From Octopus bimaculoides (taxonomy: Eukaryota): a stretch of 33,539 nt of DNA. Made by a program: the position numbers and the translations under genes. The first letter of the stretch is position 1; each line of letters starts with the position of its first letter. Shown piece after piece: positions 20,425 through 32,239 of this stretch. Under the pieces are notes generated by a model. That model was not told the origin of the DNA. It made no database searches and worked only from the letters and a program-made list of their open reading frames with translations. The stretch spans positions 11,553,319 through 11,586,857 of the forward strand of contig NC_069009.1 of the NCBI RefSeq assembly GCF_001194135.2. The letters run 5' to 3'.

Positions 20425-20573
20425 AAGAGGGATGACCACTAAGTGGACATCCATTATGCTAGAAGAAGACCACCTATGGTCTGACCACTAACAAAAGAAC
20501 AATCTTTTCGTAGTGGTCAGACCATAGGTGGTTTTCTAGCATAATAGATGTCCACTTAGTGGTCATCCCTCTG
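20425..20573. mobile_element. ~150-bp hairpin MITE in a (TA)n context
   Basis: Arms AGAGGGATGACCACTAAGTGGACATC..TGGTCTGACCACTA and its near-perfect reverse complement; short loop. Confidence 0.85.
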
Positions 20574-20621
20574 ATATATATATATTTGTGCGTGTGTGTG
20601 TGGTGGGGTGAATATATATAT

Positions 20622-20661
<40 letters not shown>

Positions 20662-20759
20662 TACACCAAGAACCAGATGATCGGACGTAGTTATTCCCTG
20701 CTGATCACACAGTAGTTCCTCGTGCTGTTCTCAGGACTAAAGTGTCTAGATGACGGAGC

Positions 20760-20930
20760 TCATGACATTCCCCCTAAACAGAGCAGCCGTCCATCGCAGG
20801 GTTGTTTACTTATTTACTTATTTACAGCTAACTTGATTAGAACAACGTGAAATAAGGTATTTCACTCAAGAACCTTTAGACCCCTTCTTCAGGGGATCGA
20901 AAAATTCAACACATGATCAGGAGCATCACA
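20760..20930 (-). mobile_element. Decayed SINE related to 12622-12875
   Basis: AACAACGTGAAATAAGGTATTTCACTCAAGAAC vs AGCAACGTGAAATAAAGTGTCTTGCTCAAGAAC. Confidence 0.55.
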
Positions 20931-21093
20931 CCCAAATCTTTAGGCAGCACAAGTTGACAATGTGTGTGGCTGAGTGTATGATTATGTTTCTAGTTGGGCG
21001 TTGGCCAACAAAACCGACGATTAAAAATTTAACAAGAAAAGATTTAGGCTTTTATTTGTCACGTGGGCATCTGTGTGTGTTTGTGTGTGTATG

Positions 21094-21240
<147 letters not shown>

Positions 21241-21947
21241 ATAACAAATGAAAGACAGAAGATGGAATATACGAGAATTTATTATTAATCACAACAATTG
21301 CTCCGGCACATCGAGCATCGACTCCTCTTGTGAGACACACAAAAACTGGTTCAGGAGTATCCAGTGGTGCAGGCGTATCTCGTCGGGTGATAAATAAATA
21401 AAAAAAATCTAGTTAAAATGACTGTTCCATAATGCAACTTTCCGTTTTGTAGCGAGTAAAACAGCCAGACGGAGGAAAATTCTTTATGTATATAGAAGTT
21501 CCAAAAATAAAATTGCAGAAGACAAAAAGAGAAGCGAAAACTTAATCCAGCGAGAAAAGTATTGAAAATAACCGTTTACCGATTTGGATGTATAAACGCC
21601 CTCGAGCAAGCAGCATGGAACAAGTACACACGCTCATACAAGCAGCAGCAAAAATGTGAGCATATGCATATAGATATTCAAACAACAGTGAGAAGCTTAG
21701 ACCATACTGAATTATAGTTTGACAGGATAAATTGTAAACATAATTCAAATTTGAATGAATAAGTTTCATAAAGAAATCCGTGTCAACAAAGTAGCCTGTT
21801 ATTGAGAGAGAATAATAAAAGTGTTAATAAATAAATAAATAAATAAATAAATACAACACAGCAAAAAATACCATTGGCTGAGATTACTTACCTCCTGTTT
21901 ATTACAAATATATAATTAAGAAACTGAAAACGATTTCCTCATTCCAG

Positions 21948-22033
21948 CAAGCGTGAGCAATCTCGAAACTCAAAGTTTTCAACTGAAACGATCTAAACAC
22001 AAAATTTATTCAACTGAAGACGTCTTCCTTCAG
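21948..22033 (+). other. Candidate 86-nt internal exon (UTR or coding)
   Basis: Acceptor TTTCCTCATTCCAG| and donor CAG|GTAAGG; one open frame SVSNLETQSFQLKRSKHKIYSTEDVFLQ. Confidence 0.45.
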
Positions 22034-22384
22034 GTAAGGAAAACATTTTCTTGTCTTAAATTTTGCCTTGAGGTACACTTTCAATGTAAAACTGGAAATA
22101 GAGTTTACGTATATGTGCATGTATGTATATCAATATACAGGTGTGTGCATNNNNNNNNNNNNNNNNNNNNNNNNNNNNNNNNNNNNNNNNNNNNNNNNNN
22201 NNNNNNNNNNNNNNNNNNNNNNNNNNNNNNNNNNNNNNNNNNNNNGTAAATTTGCTTTAGAAGTGTTGCGATGTATTGAAAAATAATTTTTCTGCAAAAT
22301 TAGATAGTTTATCCTGTTCATGCTATATTATTAGCATTATCCTGCGTTTGAGAATAAAATTATTTCCTGGTATATATATAGTTG

Positions 22385-22590
22385 AAATTTACAGAAAAAC
22401 AAACGACGAAGAGAGGTGTATAAACAACAAGCAGGTGTATTAGTTTGACGCTCGGGAAGGTGAGAAAGTGTTTTACGTTTCGAGCCGACGCTCTTCAGCA
22501 GAAAGGAGCACAAGGAAATAGACATAGTTAGAATAAAAAGAGAGAATATAAAAAAACTTATTGAATTAGCGGTCAGCCATGGCGACTATA
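22385..22590 (-). mobile_element. Related short repeat with a degenerate hammerhead (22505-22470)
   Basis: CUUU-CUGCUGA-A-GAGC gucg GCUC-GAAA-CGUA|AAAC (A6>C); downstream TTCCCGAGCGTC..CTAATAC resembles 19080-19105. Confidence 0.65.
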
Positions 22591-22817
22591 TATATGCAGG
22601 TGTTAGAATATCGCAAGAATACAGGAGGAACGTGGCTGGAGACTGTCGAGGCTAACTATGTGTGGATGTCCTTTTGTTTGTAAGATTACGCTTCATCTGA
22701 TGATTACGATTTTTTGCGATGAAATAATCTTCTCATTCTTCTATTTAAAAATACGTATGATACAGCTGTAATGAGCTGACAACTATCCATCGTCTGTTAT
22801 TATCCATTTGATACATA

Positions 22818-22824
22818 CATGTGT

Positions 22825-22917
<93 letters not shown>
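22818..22917. repeat. (GT)n microsatellite
   Basis: Direct reading. Confidence 0.95.
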
Positions 22918-22918
<1 letters not shown>

Positions 22919-23064
22919 ATGTGTGAACGTGCGTATATACATATATATCTATACATATGGGTATAAAATCGTTAGGGATATCTGACTGTCTGTCTGCCTC
23001 ACTCTCTCTTTCTTCTTTCTCGATCTCTGTATGTATAATATATGTGCGCACGCGCGTGTGTGAT

Positions 23065-23505
23065 AGGACGTGCTTCGTATATGACAGTTTTCCATCCAGA
23101 TTTTGACACTTGATGGTACCGTCTTCCGCGGATACCATCCACTTTCATCGATCAGCACTTCTTTATGCAGCTGTCTTCATTCATACACATCAAATCTCTA
23201 AGCCAACGTAGTCTTCTCTCTTGCATGCATTTGATTCCTCTAATCCCCAACTTTTCTCTCAATACATTTGCATTTTGTCATAAATGCGCACTAATGTTGC
23301 ACATCCAACGGTGCATACTACCTTCGTTTCTCTCCAGTCTACGCATATCTTCTGCACATTCAGAACCCATGTCTCACTACCATGGAGTATAGCCGTTCGC
23401 GCACAAGCATCATACAGTCAACCTTTCCCTTTGAGAGAGAGTTCTTTTGTAGCCAACCGAAGTAATAGTTCTCTGAACTTCCTCCACCCAATTCTTATTC
23501 TAGAA
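23065..23505 (-). mobile_element. RTE-clade LINE RT C-terminal fragment
   Basis: RIRIGWRKFRELL..LYDACARTAILHGSETW..LREKLGIRGIKCMQERRLRW. Confidence 0.85.
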
Positions 23506-23525
23506 ACAAAACTGTCATTCTAGAA

Positions 23526-24047
23526 CAATGGTTCTCGACCATTTTCTTAACTTTGGACTCCTTTGATTCCAATTTCCCTCAGATTGACCTTCATAGCCAT
23601 TCAGTTTTTAAAACATCGTTTTATCATGACCGATATCCAAACTACAGTGGAAAAGGCTAGCCACTGGATCTGGTTTTAAAAAACAGACGACGAGCGATGG
23701 CTAGAAGAATATTGAACTTTATTTAATAACCAGTTTATCTAGCAAGCGGGGCCTCATATTAGTTAGGCGGAGGCGGTACGCATTGATGCCCCGAAATGGT
23801 GCGCATTCTCTCCTGACGACCCCATACACTTGATGGTTTCCGGCGTGCGGAGTTCTCAACTGGTAGCATATGTATGTGCAAGTTGTTTGCAAAACAACAT
23901 AGTTTTATAATTAAATAATACAAGAAATTGTATAAAAAACATTGTTAACACATTTTGTGTACAACCAATTTATAGCATATTTATTTTCACTAACAAAATC
24001 TTCTATAGATCCCCAAGGGTCATGTGAACCCTGGTTGAGAAGCCTTG
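23526..24047. mobile_element. hAT (Charlie/Buster-type) non-autonomous element with a GC-rich internal segment (~23640-23870) of unknown origin
   Basis: TIRs CAATGGTTCTCGACC and GGTTGAGAAGCCTTG; flanks TTCTAGAA and CTCTAAAT resemble a decayed nTCTAGAn 8-bp TSD. Confidence 0.7.
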
Positions 24048-24826
24048 CTCTAAATGAATATATGTTCGTATCATGAACCCTGCTTTTGCTAACTGATTAT
24101 GTACCTAATTGTTTCGGTACCTGATCGTTTACGATCTTCCATAATCACTAGAAGACATATATGCCTTCTCAATTCTCACATCCTTTGAGTCAATGGTACA
24201 TCGAGGATGGAGGGGTTATAGATCTGTAGAGGCTGGTAATACGTTTTCAGTAGACTGGAGCATCATGAAAAGAAGGGTCCAGAATGATGAGGGTCTACCA
24301 GCATTTATTTTGATTGTTTTTCAGCTCTCATAGCTCTGCCATTTGTGAGACTTTGACCCAGCCAACAGATAGGAAGACCAAAGCTGGGTAGAGCATTTAT
24401 ATACATACATACATATGTACATACATACATACATACATACATGCATATATGTGTGTGTATGTGTGCGTGAGTGAGTGAGTGAGTGAGAGAGAGAGAGAAA
24501 GAGAGAATGTTTGTGTATGTGCCTGCATGTTTGTGTATGTGTACACAAGAGTGTACGCATACATAGATACATACACACATTTGTGCATACACACTTGCAT
24601 ATACAAATATTCACGCAGACGCATACACAATCATATTCTCTCCCTCTTTCTTTCTATCTTTCTCTTTCTTTCTCTCTCCCACATACACGCACGTATAAAT
24701 ACATACACTTACGTGTGGATCAAATGTTGGGCGTAGCCGAGTTGATATTCGATAAAATCTACTATACAAAATGTAACAACAAAAGATATTATTTGTTCCC
24801 AATCACAAAATCATTTCCATAGGTAT

Positions 24827-25270
24827 AGGCGCAGGAGTGGCTGTGTGGTAAGTAGCTTGCTTACCAACCACATGGTTCTGGGTTCAGTCCCACTGCGTGA
24901 CACCTTGGGCAAGTGTCTTCTACTATAGCCTCGGTCCGACCAAAGCCTTGTGAGTGGATTTGGTAGACGGAAACTGAAAGAAGCCTGTCGTATATATATT
25001 TATATAGATGTATGTATGTATATGTTATATGTGTGTGTATATGATTGTATGTCGGTGTTTGTCCCCCACCATCGCTTGACAACCGATGCTAGTGTGTTTA
25101 CGTCCCCGTAACATAGCGGTTCGGCAAAAGAGAACGATAGAATAAGTATAGGCTTACAAAGAATTCGATTTTTTACTAAGAGGTCGATTTGTTCGGCTAA
25201 AAGGCGGTGTTCCCACATGGCCGCAGTCAAATGACTGAAACAAGTAAAAGAATAAAAGAATAATAAAGAA
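24827..25270 (+). mobile_element. CORE-type SINE (OR-like), near full length with (GAATAAAA)-type tail
   Basis: Aligns with 7301-7668 and the reverse complement of 31093-31483. Confidence 0.9.
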
Positions 25271-25429
25271 AGGTTTATATAAGGTACATGCATCGGTTAT
25301 GGTGCATGTGCACGTGTGTATGTATATATATATATATATATATACACATAAACACAAACACACACATGTACATATCTATATATCTATATATACATATATT
25401 TACATGTATATATCTATACCAATATATTT

Positions 25430-25805
25430 GGAGGCGCAATGGCCCAGTGTTTGGCCAGCAGACTCGGGGTCGTAGGATCGCTGTTTCGATTCCCAGACCG
25501 GGCGTGTGAGTGTTTATTGAGCGTAAACACCTAAAGCTCCACGAGGCTCCGGCAGGGGATGGTGGTGAACCCTGCTGTACTCTTTCACCACAACTTTCTC
25601 TCACTCTTACTTCCTGTTTCTGTTGTGCCTGTAATTCAAAGGGTCAGCCTTGTCACACTGTGTCACGCTGAATATCCCCAAGAACTACGTTAAGGGTACA
25701 CGTGTCTGTGGAGTGCTCAGCCACTTGCACGTTAATTTCACGAGCAGGCTGTTCCGTTGATCGGATCAACTGAAACCCTCATCGTCGTAACCGACGGGAG
25801 TGCCA
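25430..25805 (+). mobile_element. tRNA-derived SINE (fourth family), full length
   Basis: Head GGAGGCGCAATGGCCCAGTG..TTCGATTCCC; 3' end CGTCGTAACCGACGGGAGTGCCA. Confidence 0.8.
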
Positions 25806-25820
25806 TGATATATCTTTATA

Positions 25821-26277
25821 CCGTAAATCTTCGAGTATAGACCGCCCTTGAGTATAATACGCAGGGGATTTTTAGGGGGTTGTACCTCTGAAAAACCTAA
25901 ATCTTATGTATAATACGCACCCCTACTCTAACTTGAGTCAAGGAGGTTTATATAACGTCCTTGGTTTGTAAACATATATACGGTAACGTCCTTTATTATT
26001 ATTGTATATATAACATAATGCAAACGTGTAGCTTTTTGTGCTCTTTGTTTGCAGAAAATATAGAAATAACTAATAATGTCAGTGAAAAATAAATATAGCT
26101 TAAGGTATTACCTTAAGGTATTTTCGCGCCCGACCTCACAAAATGCGGACAGCAAATAGAGACTCGGACATTGCTTAGAAAATATTTTTCATTTCGAACC
26201 TCGTATATAGTACGCACTAGGGATTTTGACCTTTAAATTTTTGGAAAAAAATGCAGATTATACTCGAGGATTTACGG
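25821..26277. mobile_element. Tc2/pogo-type MITE (457 bp)
   Basis: 19-bp TIRs CCGTAAATCTTCGAGTATA and TATACTCGAGGATTTACGG, with TA on both sides. Confidence 0.85.
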
Positions 26278-26894
26278 TATATAAATATACACACACACAC
26301 ACANNNNNNNNNNNNNNNNNNNNNNNNNNNNNNNNNNNNNNNNNNNNNNNNNNNNNNNNNNNNNNNNNNNNNNNNNNNNNNNNNNNNNNNNNNNNNNNNN
26401 NNNNNNNNNNNNNNNNNNNNNNNNNNNNNNNNNNNNNNNNNNNNNNNNNNNNNNNNNNNNNNNNNNNNNNNNNNNNNNNNNNNNNNNNNNNNNNNNNNNN
26501 NNNNNNNNNNNNNNNNNNNNNNNNNNNNNNNNNNNNNNNNNNNNNNNNNNNNNNNNNNNNNNNNNNNNNNNNNNNNNNNNNNNNNNNNNNNNNNNNNNNN
26601 NNNNNNNNNNNNNNNNNNNNNNNNNNNNNNNNNNNNNNNNNNNNNNNNNNNNNNNNNNNNNNNNNNNNNNNNNNNNNNNNNNNNNNNNNNNNNNNNNNNN
26701 NNNNNNNNNNNNNNNNNNNNNNNNNNNNNNNNNNNNNNNNNNNNNNNNNNNNNNNNNNNNNNNNNNNNNNNNNNNNNNNNNNNNNNNNNNNNNNNNNNNN
26801 NNNNNNNNNNNNNGTGTGTGTGTGTGTGCTTATGTATTCATTTATATGTATTTGAGCCCAAACACGGAATTTGAGCCCAGAACACGAGGACAGA

Positions 26895-26980
26895 AGAAAT
26901 ATCCATTTTTTATCATATTGGTTAATAAGCTTTCGTCTTGAGCAGCTAATATGAAACCTTCACTCTCTGCTTTTAGCCCT
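26895..26980 (-). mobile_element. Small R4/Dong-like fragment
   Basis: GLKAESEGFILAAQDESLLTN resembles the LKxETEGxIxAAQDQ motif. Confidence 0.7.
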
Positions 26981-27005
26981 ATTATTATCATTATTATTAT
27001 TATTA

Positions 27006-27049
<44 letters not shown>

Positions 27050-27078
27050 ATCATCATCATCATCATCATCTTCATTAT
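26981..27078. repeat. (ATT)n/(ATC)n microsatellite
   Basis: Direct reading. Confidence 0.95.
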
Positions 27079-27084
27079 TACTAT

Positions 27085-28420
27085 AGTCTCGCTTTATCAT
27101 AGGTTTTGTTGGAGCTCCTGGAGTCTTGCAGGTGTAGCGGGCTTACTACCTACAACCTACGGTACCATGGTATCTGTTCTTTTCAGCTATCTAATACTTT
27201 CCTGGTTACCAAGGTGGTAAACCGTTTGTAACAGTTCTACTAAGCACTCTATTCCAATTTCCTTTATATTCCCCGTGATGCCTTCTGGTACTGTCCCCAA
27301 GGACCCAACAATAATTGGCACTATCTTCACCTTCTTCATTTTCCATAGCTGGGTTATTTCGTACTCAAGAGAGTTGTATCTGTCTATTCAACTTCCTTCT
27401 TGACTATTCGTGTCTCAAAAAGGCATGCAGCGTCAACTATACAGAATACGTGGTGCACCTTGTCCACCACCACTAGGCACCTGATTTGCTTGGATTGAGG
27501 AATCCCAGAGGATTTTGCAAGTCTCCTACTCCGCCACTCTCTGAGATTTGTACTCATACTCCGTCTTGCCTCTCTCTAACCTCCACTTTTCACACATTTT
27601 CCAATGTAACACATTCGCTACCTGATCGTCTCGCAAAATTTGTAGTGGATACACTTGCTCATTCCTAAGGTTGAACTTCCAGATTTCGTGGCCAAAGCTC
27701 GGTTTTGCGCTACCAGTATAATGCTTTCGGTCCCTTTTTTTAGGCTTCCTTTTCATCAGCCAATTCCACCCATTTTTTCCAGCAACTTCTCATGTAGCTA
27801 CATGGAATAGATTGTGTAGTTCCTTCTTGCGTAATTCTTCTTCACCTCGTCTTTGTATTCTTCCTTTGTTTTCCCTTTTTTCTCTGCTCTCAATACTCCC
27901 TCGTTCCTAACTGTCACTAGCAAGATTTCTTTACTTTGGGCTACGTATCTCAATAAGCTCTCGAATACGATACCCACGCAGTCTTCCACACTTATCAGTC
28001 TCCTTCCTCCATTTGCTCTCCTCCTGTATAGGCGATCAGTGTCTGCACATGGATTATGGGTTCCATGCCATGTTAGGAGCTTTCGTGTCTTCCTAACTAC
28101 CTTTTTAACTCTTCTGTCCACTTCAGGATTCCAGCGCCATAACAAGCTACTGCGACTGCGCGGGAGTATATTGCCGAAATTATATTACTAGCATTCAGCT
28201 TTGAAGCCAATATTTTTCTCACTTGCCTCAGATACTCTAATTTTGTCTTTTCCTTTGCGTCATGGCGTTTGATTCCATCCATATCCACAGGTATTTATAG
28301 CTGGACTGAGGTTGAATTTCCTTCATCATTTCATCACTTGGCAGCAATATGCCTTCTGTCCTGGCAAACTTTCCTCGTCTCATCACCATCGTAGCACATT
28401 TTGAGAGTCCAAACTCCATT
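27085..28420 (-). mobile_element. 5'-truncated R4/Dong-clade non-LTR retrotransposon (late RT and restriction-like endonuclease)
   Basis: MEFGLSKCA, YKYL, DTDRLY..GGRRL, DQVANVLHWKMC, KILWD, KIVPIIVGSLGTVP; ATT-type repeats on both flanks. Confidence 0.88.
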
Positions 28421-28489
28421 ATTATTGTTGTTGTTCTGGTTTTGGTGGGGGGGGGTGATCTTGATGCTGGTGGTGCAGGGTAGCAGCTG

Positions 28490-28713
28490 GGGACATTTAT
28501 GACTTTTCCCTTAAATGAAATACTGGTAGGTAGAATGACAAGAGGGTAGTCAATAGATGGCCACTGTCAGCAAGAATACAGGGCAGGGCTTCTCGAAGAG
28601 GTATGGGCTGTGGAAAATGTTATAAGGACCGTGGGCCAGTGAGACAATGATGGTATGAATATATGAAACACAAGGTGTACATGAGTTTGGCTTAAGCCAT
28701 GTGTTAATGGTTG
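28490..28713 (+). repeat. 224-bp direct duplicate of 29555-29778 (one mismatch)
   Basis: Base-by-base comparison gives a single difference, A28553 vs C29618; adjacent 14-bp tandem duplication GGTTGATATATCTG at 28709-28736. Confidence 0.92.
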
Positions 28714-28978
28714 ATATATCTGGGTTGATATATCTGGGTTATCCGGAAGGAAATTTATTAAGTGTTTAATAGTCTTAAGAATATTTGCAAACTTTTATAA
28801 AGCCACTTGTTGGTAATATCAAGAAAAACATTCAGCTATCAATAATGCTTTAGATAAACTAAAGTTTAGAATATTTATGTCATTTTATGGGAGTTTTGAA
28901 AAATATGGTCGTCTTTATTTTGTTGTTTAACTCATCTTTTAAGATTTTTAAAACTAATTTCTTTTTTAATCAAAAGAC

Positions 28979-29062
28979 ATGGATGTAAATAAGATTATAA
29001 AGAAAATTTTGGAAGGGAACTTTCAGGATATCAAACGACTTATTAAAAAATGTCCGGATAAG
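28979..29062 (+). CDS. Candidate coding exon MDVNKIIKKILEGNFQDIKRLIKKCPDK; resembles the helix leading into ankyrin repeats of MIB2-like proteins (tentative)
   Basis: Open 28-codon frame from ATG to a consensus donor AAG|GTAAGT; pyrimidine tract and AAG| acceptor 2 nt before the ATG; similarity is from recall only. Confidence 0.5.
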
Positions 29063-29224
29063 GTAAGTTATCCTTATATTGCATTTTCAATACTGAATGT
29101 TTATTATTTTATATCCATTATTAAATCTTCCTAAGTAACCACATATATTTGTCCATAACAATTCATTTCTTTCTTCAACTCTTCCCTCTAATCCTCATCA
29201 TTGCCACTTTTTATGAATATTTAG

Positions 29225-30330
29225 CTGAACCTTGAGGCATGTCAGAATTGATGGAATGGGAGTGAGAGAGAAACCCATCCTCACACACTGCACTGGAGTA
29301 TTCTGGCAGAAAATATTCAGTCCAAGAGATGAGGGACAGATGGAGTCCTTAGATGGGTGATAACTTAGTCAAGAAGTTCTCTTTCTACAAACAGTTGAAG
29401 GATTTCCTGATGTCATGGGCTACACCCTTTCTTTTGCAGAATTTGTCAAACATTTGAAAACACTTATGTGTCACATAGGAACCAAACCCCCACTTAATCT
29501 GGCTTTATAAAACTGTATTGCTGCTCATTGGATATATAAAGAAAGATATCCAAAGGGACATTTATGACTTTTCCCTTAAATGAAATACTGGTAGGTAGAA
29601 TGACAAGAGGGTAGTCACTAGATGGCCACTGTCAGCAAGAATACAGGGCAGGGCTTCTCGAAGAGGTATGGGCTGTGGAAAATGTTATAAGGACCGTGGG
29701 CCAGTGAGACAATGATGGTATGAATATATGAAACACAAGGTGTACATGAGTTTGGCTTAAGCCATGTGTTAATGGTTGGATCAGAAACTAAAGTGAAGTG
29801 GTGACGCATCACATCGCATATTCACTTATTGGGGGATGACGTTGTGGTAAGTAGTCATCCATGTGAATACTAGAAGCCAGAGGTAAATTAATCTGACCTG
29901 ATATTAATTGTGAGAATATTAAAAATGTGGGATATCGAATCATAACAAGAAAAGGGACATTAAAAAATGCTTGCTTAGTGAAACAAAAACACATTTAAAA
30001 AGTTTGAGAAGCACTGGCAGAGAACTGTCATGGTTGGGGCGCAACGAGTTGAATGATTCTGTAAAATGTATAGAGGTTCTCTTAGTAAGAGAGCAGAAGA
30101 TTCGAGAAGGAAGAGAGCTGACAGATGTTGAAATGCAGAAAAAAACATCCTTTATCTTCTTGATGACCATCATACATGTATTTAAATGGGGGACAAACGA
30201 CTGCCAGTTAGTGATGGTAGGTGTTTTCCTCCAGATGATGTCCATACCGTTGTTCGTCTGTACAGATGTAATACAGATGTGTATGAACCACTCACACATT
30301 CTTACATGCTGTATGGCTACAAACTAATGA
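29225..30330 (-). mobile_element. Old CR1/Jockey-group LINE fragment (EN-RT linker and RT)
   Basis: GVAHDIRKSFN (decayed LDxSKAFD), ISWTEYFL..SINSDMPQGS (decayed GVPQGS), QQYSF (decayed QYGF). Confidence 0.7.
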
Positions 30331-30769
30331 AAGCCCTTCTACTGCTGTCTTATTTAGGCTCAAACTATTCACTGATATTTTAATATTTCTTATTTTCTCC
30401 ACTGTTTCCTCTCATTTGTATCTACTTTTTCACACTTTGAACACATTTAACAGAGGTTGGTGTCATTCAGAAGTTCCCACAAATATCAAGTCACAAATAA
30501 TTACTATATCACAGCTCCAGTGACTAACATAAAGAGGTTTGTCAAGTAAATCTCAGGTTGCTGTCTCACCAGACATATAACATCTGAGAGGGGGCATGCT
30601 ACAACTCTCTCTCCTTCTCCTTCTCTTTCTTCCTCTCTCTCTCCTCGTCCACCTCTGTCAGTCCGTTTCTCTCCCCCCTCTCTCTTTCTTTCTTAAATCT
30701 ACTTCATATTTATAGCAGTTGATAAAAGTGTTGCTACGTATAATTAATACATGCAAGTCATTCTCTCTA

Positions 30770-30771
<2 letters not shown>

Positions 30772-30814
<43 letters not shown>

Positions 30815-30860
30815 GTTATATATGTGTGTGTATGTGTATATATATATGTGTGAATATATA
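30772..30860. repeat. (CA)n and (TG/TA) microsatellite
   Basis: Direct reading. Confidence 0.9.
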
Positions 30861-31092
30861 NNNNNNNNNNNNNNNNNNNNNNNNNNNNNNNNNNNNNNNN
30901 NNNNNNNNNNNNNNNNNNNNNNNNNNNNNNNNNNNNNNNNNNNNNNNNNNNNNNNNNNNNNNNNNNNNNNNNNTATGTATACACACACACATATATATAA
31001 ATATATATCAAATTATTATTGAAATACAAAAAAGTCAACAATTTGTTTCGACTTATATACATTATTTTATTCATAAACAATTCATATCTATT

Positions 31093-31483
31093 CTTTTACT
31101 CTTTTTTTTTTACTTGTTTCAGTCTTTTGACTGTGGCCATGCTGGAGCACCGCCTTTAGTCGAGCAAATCGACCCCAGGACTTATTCTCTGGATGCCTAG
31201 TACTTATGCTATCGGTTCTTTTGCCGAACCGCTAAGTTACGGGGACGTAAACACACCAGCATCGGTTGTCAAGCAATGTTGGGAGGACAAACACAGACAC
31301 ACACATACATATATATACATATATACGACGGGCTTCTTTCAGTTTCTGTGTACCAGATCCACTCACAAGGCTTTGGTCGGCCCGAGGTTTTATTAGAAGA
31401 CACTTGCCCAAGGTGCTACGCAGTGGGAATGAACCCGGAACAATGTGGTTGGTAAGCAAGCTACTTACCACACAGCCACTCCT
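31093..31483 (-). mobile_element. CORE-type SINE (OR-like), near full length
   Basis: Reverse complement of the family at 24827-25270. Confidence 0.9.
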
Positions 31484-31916
31484 CTCTTCAGGGTTTTCGT
31501 TCAAAAAGACAGACGAAATTCCATATAAAAGGACTTCCAGATTGCAAAATAGTGATTCAAAATACTTGTGTTTAGGAACGTGAGCATTAACTATTCAAAT
31601 ACAAAACAAGTACAATAAAAGAACAAAATTATAACAGACAAAATAACAAATTTAAAAAAATCAAAAGATGTTTGTATATATCTCAAATAATATTAATCCA
31701 AATGCATTTAAGTCGAAAACAACAACTGGCTATTTTAAAAATATATAATAACAATACATAGAGTATCAAAATTTTACTAAATTTAGAGACGGTAATAAAA
31801 CGTAAATCGCTATTCATTCTATAAATATGCCTATGCATGTTCGAAAAAACATATTTCTAGTATAACAATTATTTATTTATATGCAATACTTTTCATGTAT
31901 TTATAATTACTCAGAG

Positions 31917-31953
<37 letters not shown>

Positions 31954-32239
31954 AATATAGTATTATATTAATATCATGATAATATGTAATAAATCTCTTT
32001 TATTTACAGTTACTGATATAAGGATTATCCAAAACAACTAACAAAAGTTGGTCCTTGGTTATGTAGTGTATCGAAGGGAGAATTCCGTAAGAAAAAATCA
32101 ACAAAAACTTAGTTACAGCGTATATAATTAAATATCAAAATTTTATTAAGTCGTTCAAAAGTAACTAAATTAGAAGTTACTGAAATACGGATTATTCACA
32201 ATAATTAACAAGGAATTGTCCTTAATCTCCGTAATCTAC

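Noticed and set aside
22697-22729. CUGAUGA...GAAA hammerhead-like core
   Set aside because: Stem II barely pairs, stem III is not palindromic, and no stem I can form.
28490-29778. LTR retrotransposon interpretation of the 224-bp direct repeats
   Set aside because: No TG..CA ends, PBS, PPT or TSD, and the repeat is an internal part of a LINE RT region.
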